64,000 nt of DNA from an uncultured bacterium. Its GTDB lineage: Bacteria > Patescibacteriota > Minisyncoccia > Phycocordibacterales > GWA1-40-21. The notes beneath the pieces were generated by a model. That model did no database searches. It worked only from the letters and a program-made list of their open reading frames with translations, and was not told where the DNA came from. Within the stretch, counting starts at the first letter, position 1; the number at the start of each line of letters is the position of its first letter. Location: NCBI GenBank assembly GCA_963804975.1, contig CAWDSG010000002.1, forward strand, positions 208,991 through 272,990. Direction: 5' to 3'. Positions 38,740 to 48,216 of this stretch are shown piece by piece. A program made the translations under genes and the position numbers.

Positions 38740-39216
38740 ATGGAACCGATTGTTATAAAAGAAAAAAGCATATTCAAGATTTTCAGGATAGGAATTTTCC
38801 TGAAAGGCATCAGTACGATAGTAGAAATATCCGGCGGACTCATAATCCTTTTGGTCAGCAAGGTATATCTGATAACTTTTGTCCTCAATCTCCTGCAATC
38901 TGAACTTTCGGACGACCCGAAAGATTTTGTGGCGAATTTTATCGTCAATTCTGCCGCGGCATATTACGTAAGTTCGCAATATTTTTTCGGATTTTATCTT
39001 CTGGTCCACGGCCTCATTAAAATCGTCCTGATTATTGCGCTTTTGAAAAATAAATTATGGGCGTATCCAGCCGCAATAACGGTTTTTTCCCTGTTCATAT
39101 TATACGAATTATATCGATTTTATTTCACCCATTCTCCATGGATTTTAGCCATTATTATTTTTGATGTTATTGTTATTCTGCTTGCTATTCATGAATACCG
39201 CGTAAGAAAAAAATGA
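38740..39216 (+). CDS. membrane protein (DUF2127-like)
   Basis: ELSDDPKD, YLLVHGLIK, LWAYP. Confidence 0.7.
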   Translation: MEPIVIKEKSIFKIFRIGIFLKGISTIVEISGGLIILLVSKVYLITFVLNLLQSELSDDPKDFVANFIVNSAAAYYVSSQYFFGFYLLVHGLIKIVLIIALLKNKLWAYPAAITVFSLFILYELYRFYFTHSPWILAIIIFDVIVILLAIHEYRVRKK

Positions 39217-39265
39217 TATAATATAAACCAAAGAAAGGTCGTTTATATAATACAATTTTATTATA

Positions 39266-39481
39266 ATGATAAAACTAAATTGGTTGGATTGGCTCGCTCT
39301 TATTCTCGTTATTATTGGAGGCTTGAATTGGGGTTTGGTGGCTTTGAATTTCAATCTTGTTGATGCGGTTTTTGGAACAGGTTCAGCCCTTTCGACGATC
39401 ATCTACGGCTTGGTGGGATTATCGGCTATATATGTCATTTTCTTGGTGAAAAAAATGACAAAATCGGCTCCAGCGATGTAA
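39266..39481 (+). CDS. DUF378 family membrane protein
   Basis: IIGGLNWGL...FNLV..IIYGLVGLSA. Confidence 0.85.
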   Translation: MIKLNWLDWLALILVIIGGLNWGLVALNFNLVDAVFGTGSALSTIIYGLVGLSAIYVIFLVKKMTKSAPAM

Positions 39482-39553
39482 AATTTTCACTTCCGTTGAA
39501 ATAAAAGCCGCTCGGCGAAAGTTGAGCGGCTTTTATTAAAATTGTGTATAATA

Positions 39554-41431
39554 ATGGAAATGAAAAAATTCTCCAAATTTAAATATTCGGATATAATATT
39601 GCTTATCTTATTGCTGATCGCTTTACCTGCCAGTTATCTCAATTATCCGATTGAAAAGTTTTTTCTGATTGCTTTATCAATCGTAGCAACATTGCCGGTT
39701 GTTGTGAGCGCATTCAAATCGATACTGAATAAAAAATTATCAATAGATCTTCTCGCAAGTGTTGCTTTGATTTTTTCTATTTTGGCGCATCAGTGGATAT
39801 CCGCAGTATTTATCAACCTTATGCTTACGTTTTCCAGAATATTCCTTTCATACAACGAAGCAAGGGCGAGAAAAAATATAGAAAAACTGCTTAAATTCAA
39901 GCCGAAAAAAATCAAAATAAAAAAAACTGACGGAAGCGTTGTTGAAATAAATCCAAAGGATGTAAAAGTCGGGGATCTTGTGGTCGTTGATTTGGGAGAA
40001 AGAGTTCCTGTTGATGGTTTTGTCATATCCGGACAAGCTTCATTGGACGAATCGTCTATAACCGGGGAATCAATCCCTGTTTCAAAAGCGAAAAGCGATA
40101 AAGTTTTTAGTTCCACACTTATTTCAAGCGGAAATCTTTTGGTAAAAGCGGAAAAAATCGGCAGCGAAACAACGCTTGAAAAAATTATCAAGCTTGTGGA
40201 AGAAGCTCAGATAGACAAGCCGGATATTCATACCACGGCGGAAAAATTCACAATGTGGTATCTCATAATTATTTTTTTCGGCTCAATAATCGCTCTTTTA
40301 ATCAGTAAAGATATTGCATTCGTACTCGCTATCATGCTTGTCGTTTGCGCCGATGACGTAGCTGTGGCAGTGCCGCTGACATTCCTTTCGGCAATCAGCT
40401 ACTCGGCCAAAATCGGCGTTATCGTAAAAGGCGCAAGTTTTTTGGAAGCAATCAAGGATGTCAAAGTTATTTTTGTGGATAAAACAGGCACGCTTACCAA
40501 AGGCAAATTGAAGGTTGAAAATTTTGTATGCGAATCGCTGGATAAGGCAAAAATATTGAAATACAGCGGAATACTGGCTGCTTTATCCGATCATCCGATA
40601 TCAAAAGCAATAGCGTATTATGTCGGATGCAATAAAGGAAAAGGAATCTGTACGGAAACTCCGGATCATTTTCAGGAATTAAGCGGGAAGGGAATTACGG
40701 GAAATTTTTCCAAGGACACATTTACTTTCGGCAAACTCTCGTATCTTATTGAGCTTGGATTGAAAATCAAACCGGAAACGCAAAATGAAATTTTAGCCGA
40801 GCAGAATCGCGGCTATAATACGACCGTTGTATCTCTCAACAATGAATTCAAAGGATATTTTGTGGTTGCCGATGAAATTAAAATTGATATCAAAGACGAT
40901 GTGGCGGGACTTAAAGAACTTGGGGTCAAAAGGATTATTATGCTGACCGGAGACAACGAAAATGTTGCAAAAAGAATCGCGAAAATGCTCGGGCTTACGG
41001 AATATCATTCCGGACTGCTTCCGGATCAAAAACTGGCTTTCATCAAAAAAACGCTCAGCGATAAATATAAAACGATGATGGTCGGCGACGGCATAAACGA
41101 TGCGGCGGCGCTTTCTTTAGCGGACGTCGGTGTGGCGATGGGCGCTATCGGCTACGATGTGACGATAGAATCTGCGGATGTCATACTGATGAAAGATGAT
41201 TTTTCCAAGATTCCCGACTTAATCCGGCTTTCGCAGTACGTCATGAGGATTTCGCGGGAGGATTTTTTCATCTGGGGCGCGACGAATATCGTCGGTTTGT
41301 TCCTTGTATTCGCCAATATCCTAAAACCAACAGGAGCTGCGGCGTATAATTTCCTGACGGATTTTGTACCGCTTTTCAATTCCACAAGAATTTTCAAGAT
41401 GTACTTCAGGAGAACCTACTCTAAAAAATAA
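39554..41431 (+). CDS. P1B-type heavy-metal ATPase
   Basis: TGES, DKTGT, HP, TGDN, GDGINDA. Confidence 0.9.
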   Translation: MEMKKFSKFKYSDIILLILLLIALPASYLNYPIEKFFLIALSIVATLPVVVSAFKSILNKKLSIDLLASVALIFSILAHQWISAVFINLMLTFSRIFLSYNEARARKNIEKLLKFKPKKIKIKKTDGSVVEINPKDVKVGDLVVVDLGERVPVDGFVISGQASLDESSITGESIPVSKAKSDKVFSSTLISSGNLLVKAEKIGSETTLEKIIKLVEEAQIDKPDIHTTAEKFTMWYLIIIFFGSIIALLISKDIAFVLAIMLVVCADDVAVAVPLTFLSAISYSAKIGVIVKGASFLEAIKDVKVIFVDKTGTLTKGKLKVENFVCESLDKAKILKYSGILAALSDHPISKAIAYYVGCNKGKGICTETPDHFQELSGKGITGNFSKDTFTFGKLSYLIELGLKIKPETQNEILAEQNRGYNTTVVSLNNEFKGYFVVADEIKIDIKDDVAGLKELGVKRIIMLTGDNENVAKRIAKMLGLTEYHSGLLPDQKLAFIKKTLSDKYKTMMVGDGINDAAALSLADVGVAMGAIGYDVTIESADVILMKDDFSKIPDLIRLSQYVMRISREDFFIWGATNIVGLFLVFANILKPTGAAAYNFLTDFVPLFNSTRIFKMYFRRTYSKK

Positions 41432-41504
41432 AATAAAAAATTTTCGTAATCTTACTTCACATTTTTATCTGGCGTTTGTCAAATATTTGTGATATAATTC
41501 CAGT

Positions 41505-42611
41505 ATGAAATTACCGGCGAAAAACAAAATCAAAATATCCGTTTTATTGCTTGCGTTATTGCCGATTTTCCTATTTTTTAATATTTCTGTCGCTAAAGCC
41601 GATGTATTTTCGGAAATGACTTCCGGAGTTGCGACTTTTGTGCATTTTGTTGTTCAAGCTTTTTCCGAATTGAAAAATAAACAGACAGTATCTACGGGAC
41701 AGGCAATATCGTCAAACTTGGGTATTTTTTCCATTTTCTCCATTCCCGGTTTCCTTATGCCGAATTTCAATAATCTGAATATCGCATCAGGCACATCATA
41801 CGATTTTTCCGTCAATTTTTCTTCAAATAATAATTCTTCCGTTTTTACCACAAACACCACGACTGCGATAAATACCCCTGTGGCAATGACAACAGAAACA
41901 CAGACAACGATTCTTCCAGGCGGACTTTCGGGAAGCACTGCTCCAAACGGCGTTAGTTTGAATGACAGCCAGATTATGTATTGGACAAATATTGAAAGAA
42001 ATGACAACGGCGGGCTTTCGGCACTAAGCGAAAATAATATTTTGGATAAAATTGCCGCTATCCGCGTGGAAGATATGTTCGCAAAACAATATTTTGATCA
42101 CTACTCTCCGAGTGGCGACAATGTCTCGAAAGAAGCCGATGCGAACGGCTATTCATACATCACAATCGGCGAAAATATCGCGGAAGGCAATTTTGGCAGT
42201 TCGCGGGATCTTGTAACGGCATGGATGAATAGTCCCGGACACAGGGCGAATATTTTAAACACCAGCTATACGGAAATCGGCGTGGCGGCAGAGCAGGGAA
42301 TGTATCAGGGAAACGAGGTCTGGATATCCTCGGAAGTATTCGGCAAACCGCTTTCAAATTGTCCAGGCCCGGACGTTTCAATCAAACAGCAAATATCGGC
42401 TGATCAGGCCAAAGCGACAAATTTAAACACGGAGCTTGCGTCCGCAAAAGCAAAGCTTACAGAAGATAGCTCTGATTCAAGCGCATATAATGCGGAAGCG
42501 ACGATTTATAACAATTTGGCCAACCAATACAACAATCTTGTCGCTGAAATGAAAACTCTGGCGAGCCAGTATAATCAGCAAGTTGCGGCGTTTAATGCTT
42601 GTATTAAATAA
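41505..42611 (+). CDS. secreted CAP/SCP-domain protein
   Basis: YFDH, GENIA, WMNSPGHRANIL. Confidence 0.88.
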   Translation: MKLPAKNKIKISVLLLALLPIFLFFNISVAKADVFSEMTSGVATFVHFVVQAFSELKNKQTVSTGQAISSNLGIFSIFSIPGFLMPNFNNLNIASGTSYDFSVNFSSNNNSSVFTTNTTTAINTPVAMTTETQTTILPGGLSGSTAPNGVSLNDSQIMYWTNIERNDNGGLSALSENNILDKIAAIRVEDMFAKQYFDHYSPSGDNVSKEADANGYSYITIGENIAEGNFGSSRDLVTAWMNSPGHRANILNTSYTEIGVAAEQGMYQGNEVWISSEVFGKPLSNCPGPDVSIKQQISADQAKATNLNTELASAKAKLTEDSSDSSAYNAEATIYNNLANQYNNLVAEMKTLASQYNQQVAAFNACIK

Positions 42612-42619
42612 AATTTTTT

Positions 42620-43153
42620 ATGACGCTCACTACTCACGCCATTGTCGGTGCAGCTATTACAAATCTCGTGCCGGCAAATCCGGAGCTTGGCTTTGCTTTG
42701 GCTTTTGCCAGCCATTATTTGTCGGATATAATACCTCACGCCGAACTTGTGCCGGAAGATTCAATAATTGAAAAATCAGAGGCCGGCAATTCGTTTGATA
42801 AAAATAATCTTAAATCGGTATTTCATGATGCAAAATCTTCATTCGGCTTTTTGCTTATCGGGCTTGATTTTATCATAGCGGTAATTTTATGCATGATTAT
42901 TTTTGCAAGAGACGAAAAAACTCTTTTTTTGACAATTCTCGGCATAATCGGCGGGTTATTGCCGGATTTCCTGCAATTTTTGTATTACAAAATCAGAAAA
43001 GGGCCGTTTATATTTTTCCAAAAGATCCATCATTTTTTCCATTCTTTGGGAGAACCTGTCCAGTCAGGAAATATGAAAGAAACTGCTTTTGCATATTTAT
43101 CGCCGATAATTCTGCCGGTATTATTTATTGCGATCTATTTTTTGGTTAAATAG
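42620..43153 (+). CDS. membrane protein, putative metal-dependent hydrolase
   Basis: TTHAIVG, SHYLSDIIPH, LPD, H..FH. Confidence 0.6.
   Translation: MTLTTHAIVGAAITNLVPANPELGFALAFASHYLSDIIPHAELVPEDSIIEKSEAGNSFDKNNLKSVFHDAKSSFGFLLIGLDFIIAVILCMIIFARDEKTLFLTILGIIGGLLPDFLQFLYYKIRKGPFIFFQKIHHFFHSLGEPVQSGNMKETAFAYLSPIILPVLFIAIYFLVK
43055..43069 (+). repeat. 15-bp in-frame element (PVQSG)
   Basis: cctgtccagtcagga. Confidence 0.55.
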
Positions 43154-43844
43154 ATAAAGATTCCAAAAAAGTTTTCAATTCTTCGCCTTCTATTTTTCTG
43201 AATTGCCCGGGTTTCAGATTGCCAAGGTGAATATTCATAACACGGATTCTTTTAAGCGATTCTATCGGCAGGGAAAAAGCATCGCACATTCTTCTTATCT
43301 GGTGTTTTTTGCCTTCGGAAAGAGTAATTGTAAAAACGCGTTCGTTTATATATTTTGTCTTGCAGGGTTTGGTGGAAATATCTCCTTCAAGATTCATTCC
43401 GCGTTCCATTACCCGAAGCTGATGCTGTTTTATCGACGTGCGGGTTTTCACCATGTATTCTTTGTCGTGGTCATATTCAGGATTTAAAAGTTTATCGGTA
43501 ATTCTTCCGTTGTTTGTGAGTAATATCAAACCTTCTGAATCTTTATCCAATCTGCCGATAGGGAACACGCCTTTGATATTGACCGCATCGGCGACATCTT
43601 TTTCGCCAATTTTCTGCTTGTTTGTTATCAGGCCTCTCGGCTTATAGTAAGCATAATAGGAAAAATCTTTCTTGATTTTATCTTTTACTTCCACTTTATC
43701 TTCTGCTTTGACTTTATCTCCAAGAACAGCTTTTCTACCACTAATAAAAACTTTGCCAGATTCAATCACTTTGTCGGCATTTCTTCTTGATAAGCTGTAC
43801 TTGTCGGCTAAATATTTATTTATTCTGATTTGCCCGTCTTTCAT
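43146..43844 (-). CDS. rRNA pseudouridine synthase (RsuA/RluB/RluF family)
   Basis: S4 domain, GRLDKDSEGL, EGKKHQIRRM. Confidence 0.92.
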   Translation of the reverse strand: MKDGQIRINKYLADKYSLSRRNADKVIESGKVFISGRKAVLGDKVKAEDKVEVKDKIKKDFSYYAYYKPRGLITNKQKIGEKDVADAVNIKGVFPIGRLDKDSEGLILLTNNGRITDKLLNPEYDHDKEYMVKTRTSIKQHQLRVMERGMNLEGDISTKPCKTKYINERVFTITLSEGKKHQIRRMCDAFSLPIESLKRIRVMNIHLGNLKPGQFRKIEGEELKTFLESLSI

Positions 43845-43891
43845 ATCTGATGAATATACCATTAATGATAATAATTTAAAATTATGCTAAT

Positions 43892-44518
43892 ATGTTTCTC
43901 GTTATGCATGAAGTGTACGTCATCAATTCAATCGAGCAATTTTCCTACGTAGCCATATTTGCTTTTGCGCTTTTTGCCGGTTATCTTATTCCTGTTCCGG
44001 AAGAAATCATCCTGCTTATCAGCGGCTATATGGCCAGCGAATATTTCATACGGCTTACACCGGCTATTTTTATCGTAATCATCGCTTTTATAATCGGAGA
44101 CAACATTCTTTATCGCCTGACGCTTAAAAACAACAAACATGTGACAAAACTGATCCATGAGGTGCTATCTATGAAAATCATAACCAAAAACGAAGCGCTT
44201 CTTGAAAAACATATAAATACTACGATTTTTCTCACCAGATTTGTGCCGTTTTTGAGGTTCGTAGGCCCTGTTTTTGCCGGATATACGAAGACAAAAGAAA
44301 AGACATTTATGCTTTTTAATACGCTGGCAATCGTCATTTACGCGCCTTTTGTCATGTGGCTGGGATATTTTTTCCATAACGATTTTACTCTGATTGTAAA
44401 TGATATAGGCAGAGTGAGACACACCGCAGTTATTTTTGTCTGGATTATTATCGGCCTTATTATCACCAGAATTGTGGATTATTTATTTAAGAAAGATGAG
44501 GAAGCAAATGGGAAGTAG
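43892..44518 (+). CDS. DedA family membrane protein
   Basis: PVPEE, GDNILY, RFVPFLR. Confidence 0.88.
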   Translation: MFLVMHEVYVINSIEQFSYVAIFAFALFAGYLIPVPEEIILLISGYMASEYFIRLTPAIFIVIIAFIIGDNILYRLTLKNNKHVTKLIHEVLSMKIITKNEALLEKHINTTIFLTRFVPFLRFVGPVFAGYTKTKEKTFMLFNTLAIVIYAPFVMWLGYFFHNDFTLIVNDIGRVRHTAVIFVWIIIGLIITRIVDYLFKKDEEANGK

Positions 44519-44524
44519 CGGTAC

Positions 44525-44638
44525 GCAAATGGCGAGGCGCTTCACCGAAAAAGCACGGATATTTTTCTGCTGAAAAATTCCTCGAGCTTGCGCCGTCGCT
44601 CTCGCTAGGCTTTTTCAATGAAGCGCCTCGCCATTTGC
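44525..44638 (-). repeat. intergenic branched palindromic element, copy D
   Basis: 30-bp outer IR around a core matching copy C. Confidence 0.88.
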
Positions 44639-44645
44639 TTTTATT

Positions 44646-45353
44646 TTATTCCTGCCTGTACGGGGCTTTTCTGATGATATCAATGATTTCATCCTCGGAA
44701 TCCACTATTTTATAGATGCTCATGTCTTCTTCGCCAATCGTGCTGTTTTCCATGAAAAGTTTTTGTTTTATCACTTTCATAAACGGCATCCAGAATTCGC
44801 TGCCCACGAGTATGACGGGAGTTCTCTGTATTTTTTTTGTCTGGATTGAAGTGACAAGCGAAAACAGTTCATCAAAAGTGCCGAACCCGCCCGGGTAATA
44901 AACGTACGCTTCGGCGGAAAAAAACATGATTGTCTGCCTGTCAAAAAAATATTGGAAATTTGCCATTTCGGTCAGATATGAATTTATAATCTGCTCTTTT
45001 GGAAGCTTGATTGTAAATCCTATGGATACGCCTTTTGCTTCATACGCGCCTTTATTCGCTGCTTCCATGATTCCCGGGCCGCCTCCGGTAACTACCGCAT
45101 ATTTGAGTTCTTTGACAATTTTTCCTGCCAGAGATTCTGCATGTTTGTAATAAACGCTTCCTGGTTTAAAACGGGCAGAGCCGAGAATGCTTACGGATCT
45201 CGGATATTTTTTTATCAAGGAGTAGCCCTTATCAAGCTCCGCAAGGGCGATTTTTTCCCTATTTTTGATTACGCGCTCCATCTGCTTTACGGTAATAGGC
45301 CCGGCCTCAATATGGTTATCGGTGATGATTTCTTGATCTTTTTTTGACTTCAT
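44646..45353 (-). CDS. LOG family protein
   Basis: GGGPGIMEAANKGA, PGGFGTFDE. Confidence 0.92.
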   Translation of the reverse strand: MKSKKDQEIITDNHIEAGPITVKQMERVIKNREKIALAELDKGYSLIKKYPRSVSILGSARFKPGSVYYKHAESLAGKIVKELKYAVVTGGGPGIMEAANKGAYEAKGVSIGFTIKLPKEQIINSYLTEMANFQYFFDRQTIMFFSAEAYVYYPGGFGTFDELFSLVTSIQTKKIQRTPVILVGSEFWMPFMKVIKQKLFMENSTIGEEDMSIYKIVDSEDEIIDIIRKAPYRQE

Positions 45354-45465
45354 AAATTTAGTAAATAAATTTTAACATACTTTGCCTGCAAAAAACAGGT
45401 ATTGGCATTATTTTGATATCTGGTATAATTTGTATATATTATAAGTTTAAGAATTTAACAAATAT

Positions 45466-45957
45466 ATGGATAAAAAAACAACAATAGCTGTCGTGGCCGG
45501 AATCGTGATCGTACTCATTTTGTTTGGCGGTCAGAGTTTGATCAGCGGTTTGTTTACCAGTTCAAATGCGAATAATACAAATACTCAAGCCGCAAACAAC
45601 GGTACGAGTACTCAAAATGCAAACATGCAAAATCCAACGCAATTACAAATACAGGATGTCACTGTCGGCACGGGGACCGAAGCTGTTGCCGGAAAACAAA
45701 TAACGGTGAATTATACCGGCACCCTCCAGGACGGAACAAAATTTGACAGTTCATATGATGCAGGAAAGCCGTTCACTTTTACGCTTGGAGCAGGACAGGT
45801 TATTAAAGGATGGGATACTGGCGTAGTGGGAATGAAAGTCGGAGGAAAAAGAATCCTTGTAATTCCTGCAGAACTTGCATACGGAAATCAAGCAGTTGGT
45901 TCAATTCCGGCAAATTCAACTTTGATTTTCCAGATAGAATTACTGAGTGTAAAATAA
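45466..45957 (+). CDS. FKBP-type peptidyl-prolyl isomerase
   Basis: KFDSS, QVIKGWD, LAYG, IPANSTLIF. Confidence 0.95.
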   Translation: MDKKTTIAVVAGIVIVLILFGGQSLISGLFTSSNANNTNTQAANNGTSTQNANMQNPTQLQIQDVTVGTGTEAVAGKQITVNYTGTLQDGTKFDSSYDAGKPFTFTLGAGQVIKGWDTGVVGMKVGGKRILVIPAELAYGNQAVGSIPANSTLIFQIELLSVK

Positions 45958-46021
45958 AAGTTCGCTCGTTTAAATAACAAAACCGCCAAATGGCGGTTTT
46001 GTTTTTGTATGCTATATTATT

Positions 46022-47245
46022 TTGGTGAATTCAATCAATTTTAAAATAGAAAAAAAGCTGGAAGGAAAGCTCGGCAGGGCGGGGATTTTGGAAACACCGC
46101 ACGGCTCTATTGAGACGCCGGCTTTTGTCGTAGTTGGCACAAAAGCTACCGTTAAATCGCTAAATCCGGAGCAGGTGAGAGACGCAGGTGTCCAAGCCAT
46201 TCTTGCAAACACATATCACTTGTATCTTCAGCCAGGCGATGAATCGGTCAAAAAAATGGGTGGGCTTCACAAAATGATGAATTGGAATGGACCTATAATG
46301 ACCGACTCCGGAGGTTTTCAGGTTTTTTCTCTTGGCGCCGCTTATGGAAAAGGAATTTCAAAAATTCTGCAAATTACCAATCCGTCGCTTTTGATTCCGG
46401 AGAGGTTTGACGATTCTGATGCACCACGGCTTGCAAAAATAGGGCAGGATGGCGTTTCTTTCACGTCCCATCTTGACGGTTCGGTTCATTATATTACTCC
46501 GGAAAAATCCATAGAGATTCAGCACAATCTGGGTGCGGATATTATTTTTGCTTTTGATGAATGCACTTCACCGTCGGAAGATTTAAAATATCAGGAAGAA
46601 GCACTTGAAAGAACCCACAGTTGGGCAAAAAGATCTCTTATGGAGCATAATAAACTGAATAAAAAAAATAAAGTTGCCTTATTCGGAATAGTGCAAGGAG
46701 GCAGGAAAGAAAAGCTTAGGAAAAAATCTGCAAAAATCATTTCCGAAATGGAGGTGGATGGAAAAAAGTTTGACGGATTCGGCATCGGCGGTTCGTTTGC
46801 AAAAGAAGATATGTCCACGGCGGTAAAATGGGTAAATGGAGTTTTGCCGCCCGATAAGCCGAGGCATCTTCTCGGTATCGGCGAGCCGGAAGATTTGTTT
46901 ATGGGAATTGAAAACGGAATAGACCTTTTTGACTGCGTCCTGCCCACACGGCTTGGCAGAAATGGAACTTTATATACAAAAAATGGCAAAATTCACATAA
47001 TGAATTCGGAATACAGAGGAGATTTAGCGCCAGTTGAAAAAGATTGCGAATGCTATACCTGCGAGAATTATTCAAAAGCTTATCTGGCGCATCTTTTCCA
47101 CGGAAAAGAAATGCTCGGTGGTACGCTTGCATCAATTCACAATATTTATTTTATTGTGAATCTGGTAAAAAAAATCCGCCAGTCCATTTTTGACGGCAAT
47201 TTTGATGAATTTAAAAAAGAGTTTTTGAAAAATTATAAGAAATAA
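46022..47245 (+). CDS. tgt: tRNA-guanine transglycosylase
   Basis: NTYHL, TDSGGFQ, DCVLPTR, CECYTC..H. Confidence 0.95.
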   Translation: MVNSINFKIEKKLEGKLGRAGILETPHGSIETPAFVVVGTKATVKSLNPEQVRDAGVQAILANTYHLYLQPGDESVKKMGGLHKMMNWNGPIMTDSGGFQVFSLGAAYGKGISKILQITNPSLLIPERFDDSDAPRLAKIGQDGVSFTSHLDGSVHYITPEKSIEIQHNLGADIIFAFDECTSPSEDLKYQEEALERTHSWAKRSLMEHNKLNKKNKVALFGIVQGGRKEKLRKKSAKIISEMEVDGKKFDGFGIGGSFAKEDMSTAVKWVNGVLPPDKPRHLLGIGEPEDLFMGIENGIDLFDCVLPTRLGRNGTLYTKNGKIHIMNSEYRGDLAPVEKDCECYTCENYSKAYLAHLFHGKEMLGGTLASIHNIYFIVNLVKKIRQSIFDGNFDEFKKEFLKNYKK

Positions 47246-47255
47246 ACCTCAAAAC

Positions 47256-47279
47256 AAACCCCGAGGTTTAACCTCGGGG
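47256..47279. repeat. palindrome identical to 15594-15617
   Basis: aaaccccgaggtttaacctcgggg after tgt stop. Confidence 0.85.
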
Positions 47280-47483
47280 GAATTGTCAACAATTAAAAAT
47301 AAAAAAACCGGCTTGCAAATGGCGCAGGCCGGTAATTACATAAAAGACGAAAGTTTTAATCGTTGCGGAATACTTTTTCTCCAGCTTTTCCGATTTTAAC
47401 TGCACTGGATTCTTCAAAACGATTTGCTTTTTTTCGCTTCTTACTGATCAACAATTTCATTTTTTTGGTTTTTCCTTTTTTCA

Positions 47484-47696
47484 TCACTTTCTCCTTTTCT
47501 TTTTTGGCTTTCGTCTTTCTAAAATAATCTTTACCTCAGCCAAACGTTTTCTCGCAGCTTCAAAAATACTTGGTTTGTTGTTAAGAAGTTGCTGAAGTGT
47601 TGATGTGAACATAAACGAACTCTGACTTATTCTCATCTGGTTATTACCATGGCAAAAATTTTTGGCCAATTTTAGCATTTCCAAATTCATTGACAT
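47484..47696 (-). CDS. small basic orphan protein
   Basis: TTGACT-17-TAATCT promoter, AAGGAG SD. Confidence 0.55.
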   Translation of the reverse strand: MSMNLEMLKLAKNFCHGNNQMRISQSSFMFTSTLQQLLNNKPSIFEAARKRLAEVKIILERRKPKKKRRK

Positions 47697-47818
47697 GAAT
47701 TTTTCTCCTTTTCTAAGAACTTGTTTCTATTGAAAGATTACATAAAAAAGCAAGTAAAGTCAATAAAAAAACCACAATTCTAAAATACAAATTGTGGTTT
47801 TAGGAAACGAAAAAACGA

Positions 47819-48136
47819 TTATTTTTTTTGTCTGATTGCAAGTAAATAATTTACGTAAACTCTGAAGACTCTTGTAACAGAGTTTCCACGGAGAATACAG
47901 ATAACCAGTTTAATCTTCGCCATGTCTTCCTTTGGCGGAAGAAGATTTCTTTTTTGAAGATCAAGCAAAACCTTAATATCAACTTTCGTTAGTGTGTCCG
48001 GAACATCCGACGGCTCAAATATTTCTTGAAGACGACCCAAGTCAGTATTGGTAAACCCATAATCACTCCCATATTTTTTCAGGATCTGATTTTGAGTTTT
48101 TTCCTCTGTCTTCCCCCCATCTCTTCTTTTTGCCAT
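47819..48136 (-). CDS. orphan protein
   Basis: GGGAGG SD; hairpin 47768-47801 downstream. Confidence 0.6.
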   Translation of the reverse strand: MAKRRDGGKTEEKTQNQILKKYGSDYGFTNTDLGRLQEIFEPSDVPDTLTKVDIKVLLDLQKRNLLPPKEDMAKIKLVICILRGNSVTRVFRVYVNYLLAIRQKK

Positions 48137-48216
48137 ACATCCTCCCTTTTCAATTTTTCAACTCAACTTGATTTCCGAGGTAGAATACTACATAATAAAG
48201 CAAATAAAGTCAAGAT

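Noticed and set aside
848-44638. Branched elements as integron attC sites or CRISPR repeats
   Set aside because: No consistent RYYYAAC/GTTRRRY ends, no integrase or cas genes, not arrayed, and the neighbours are core genes.
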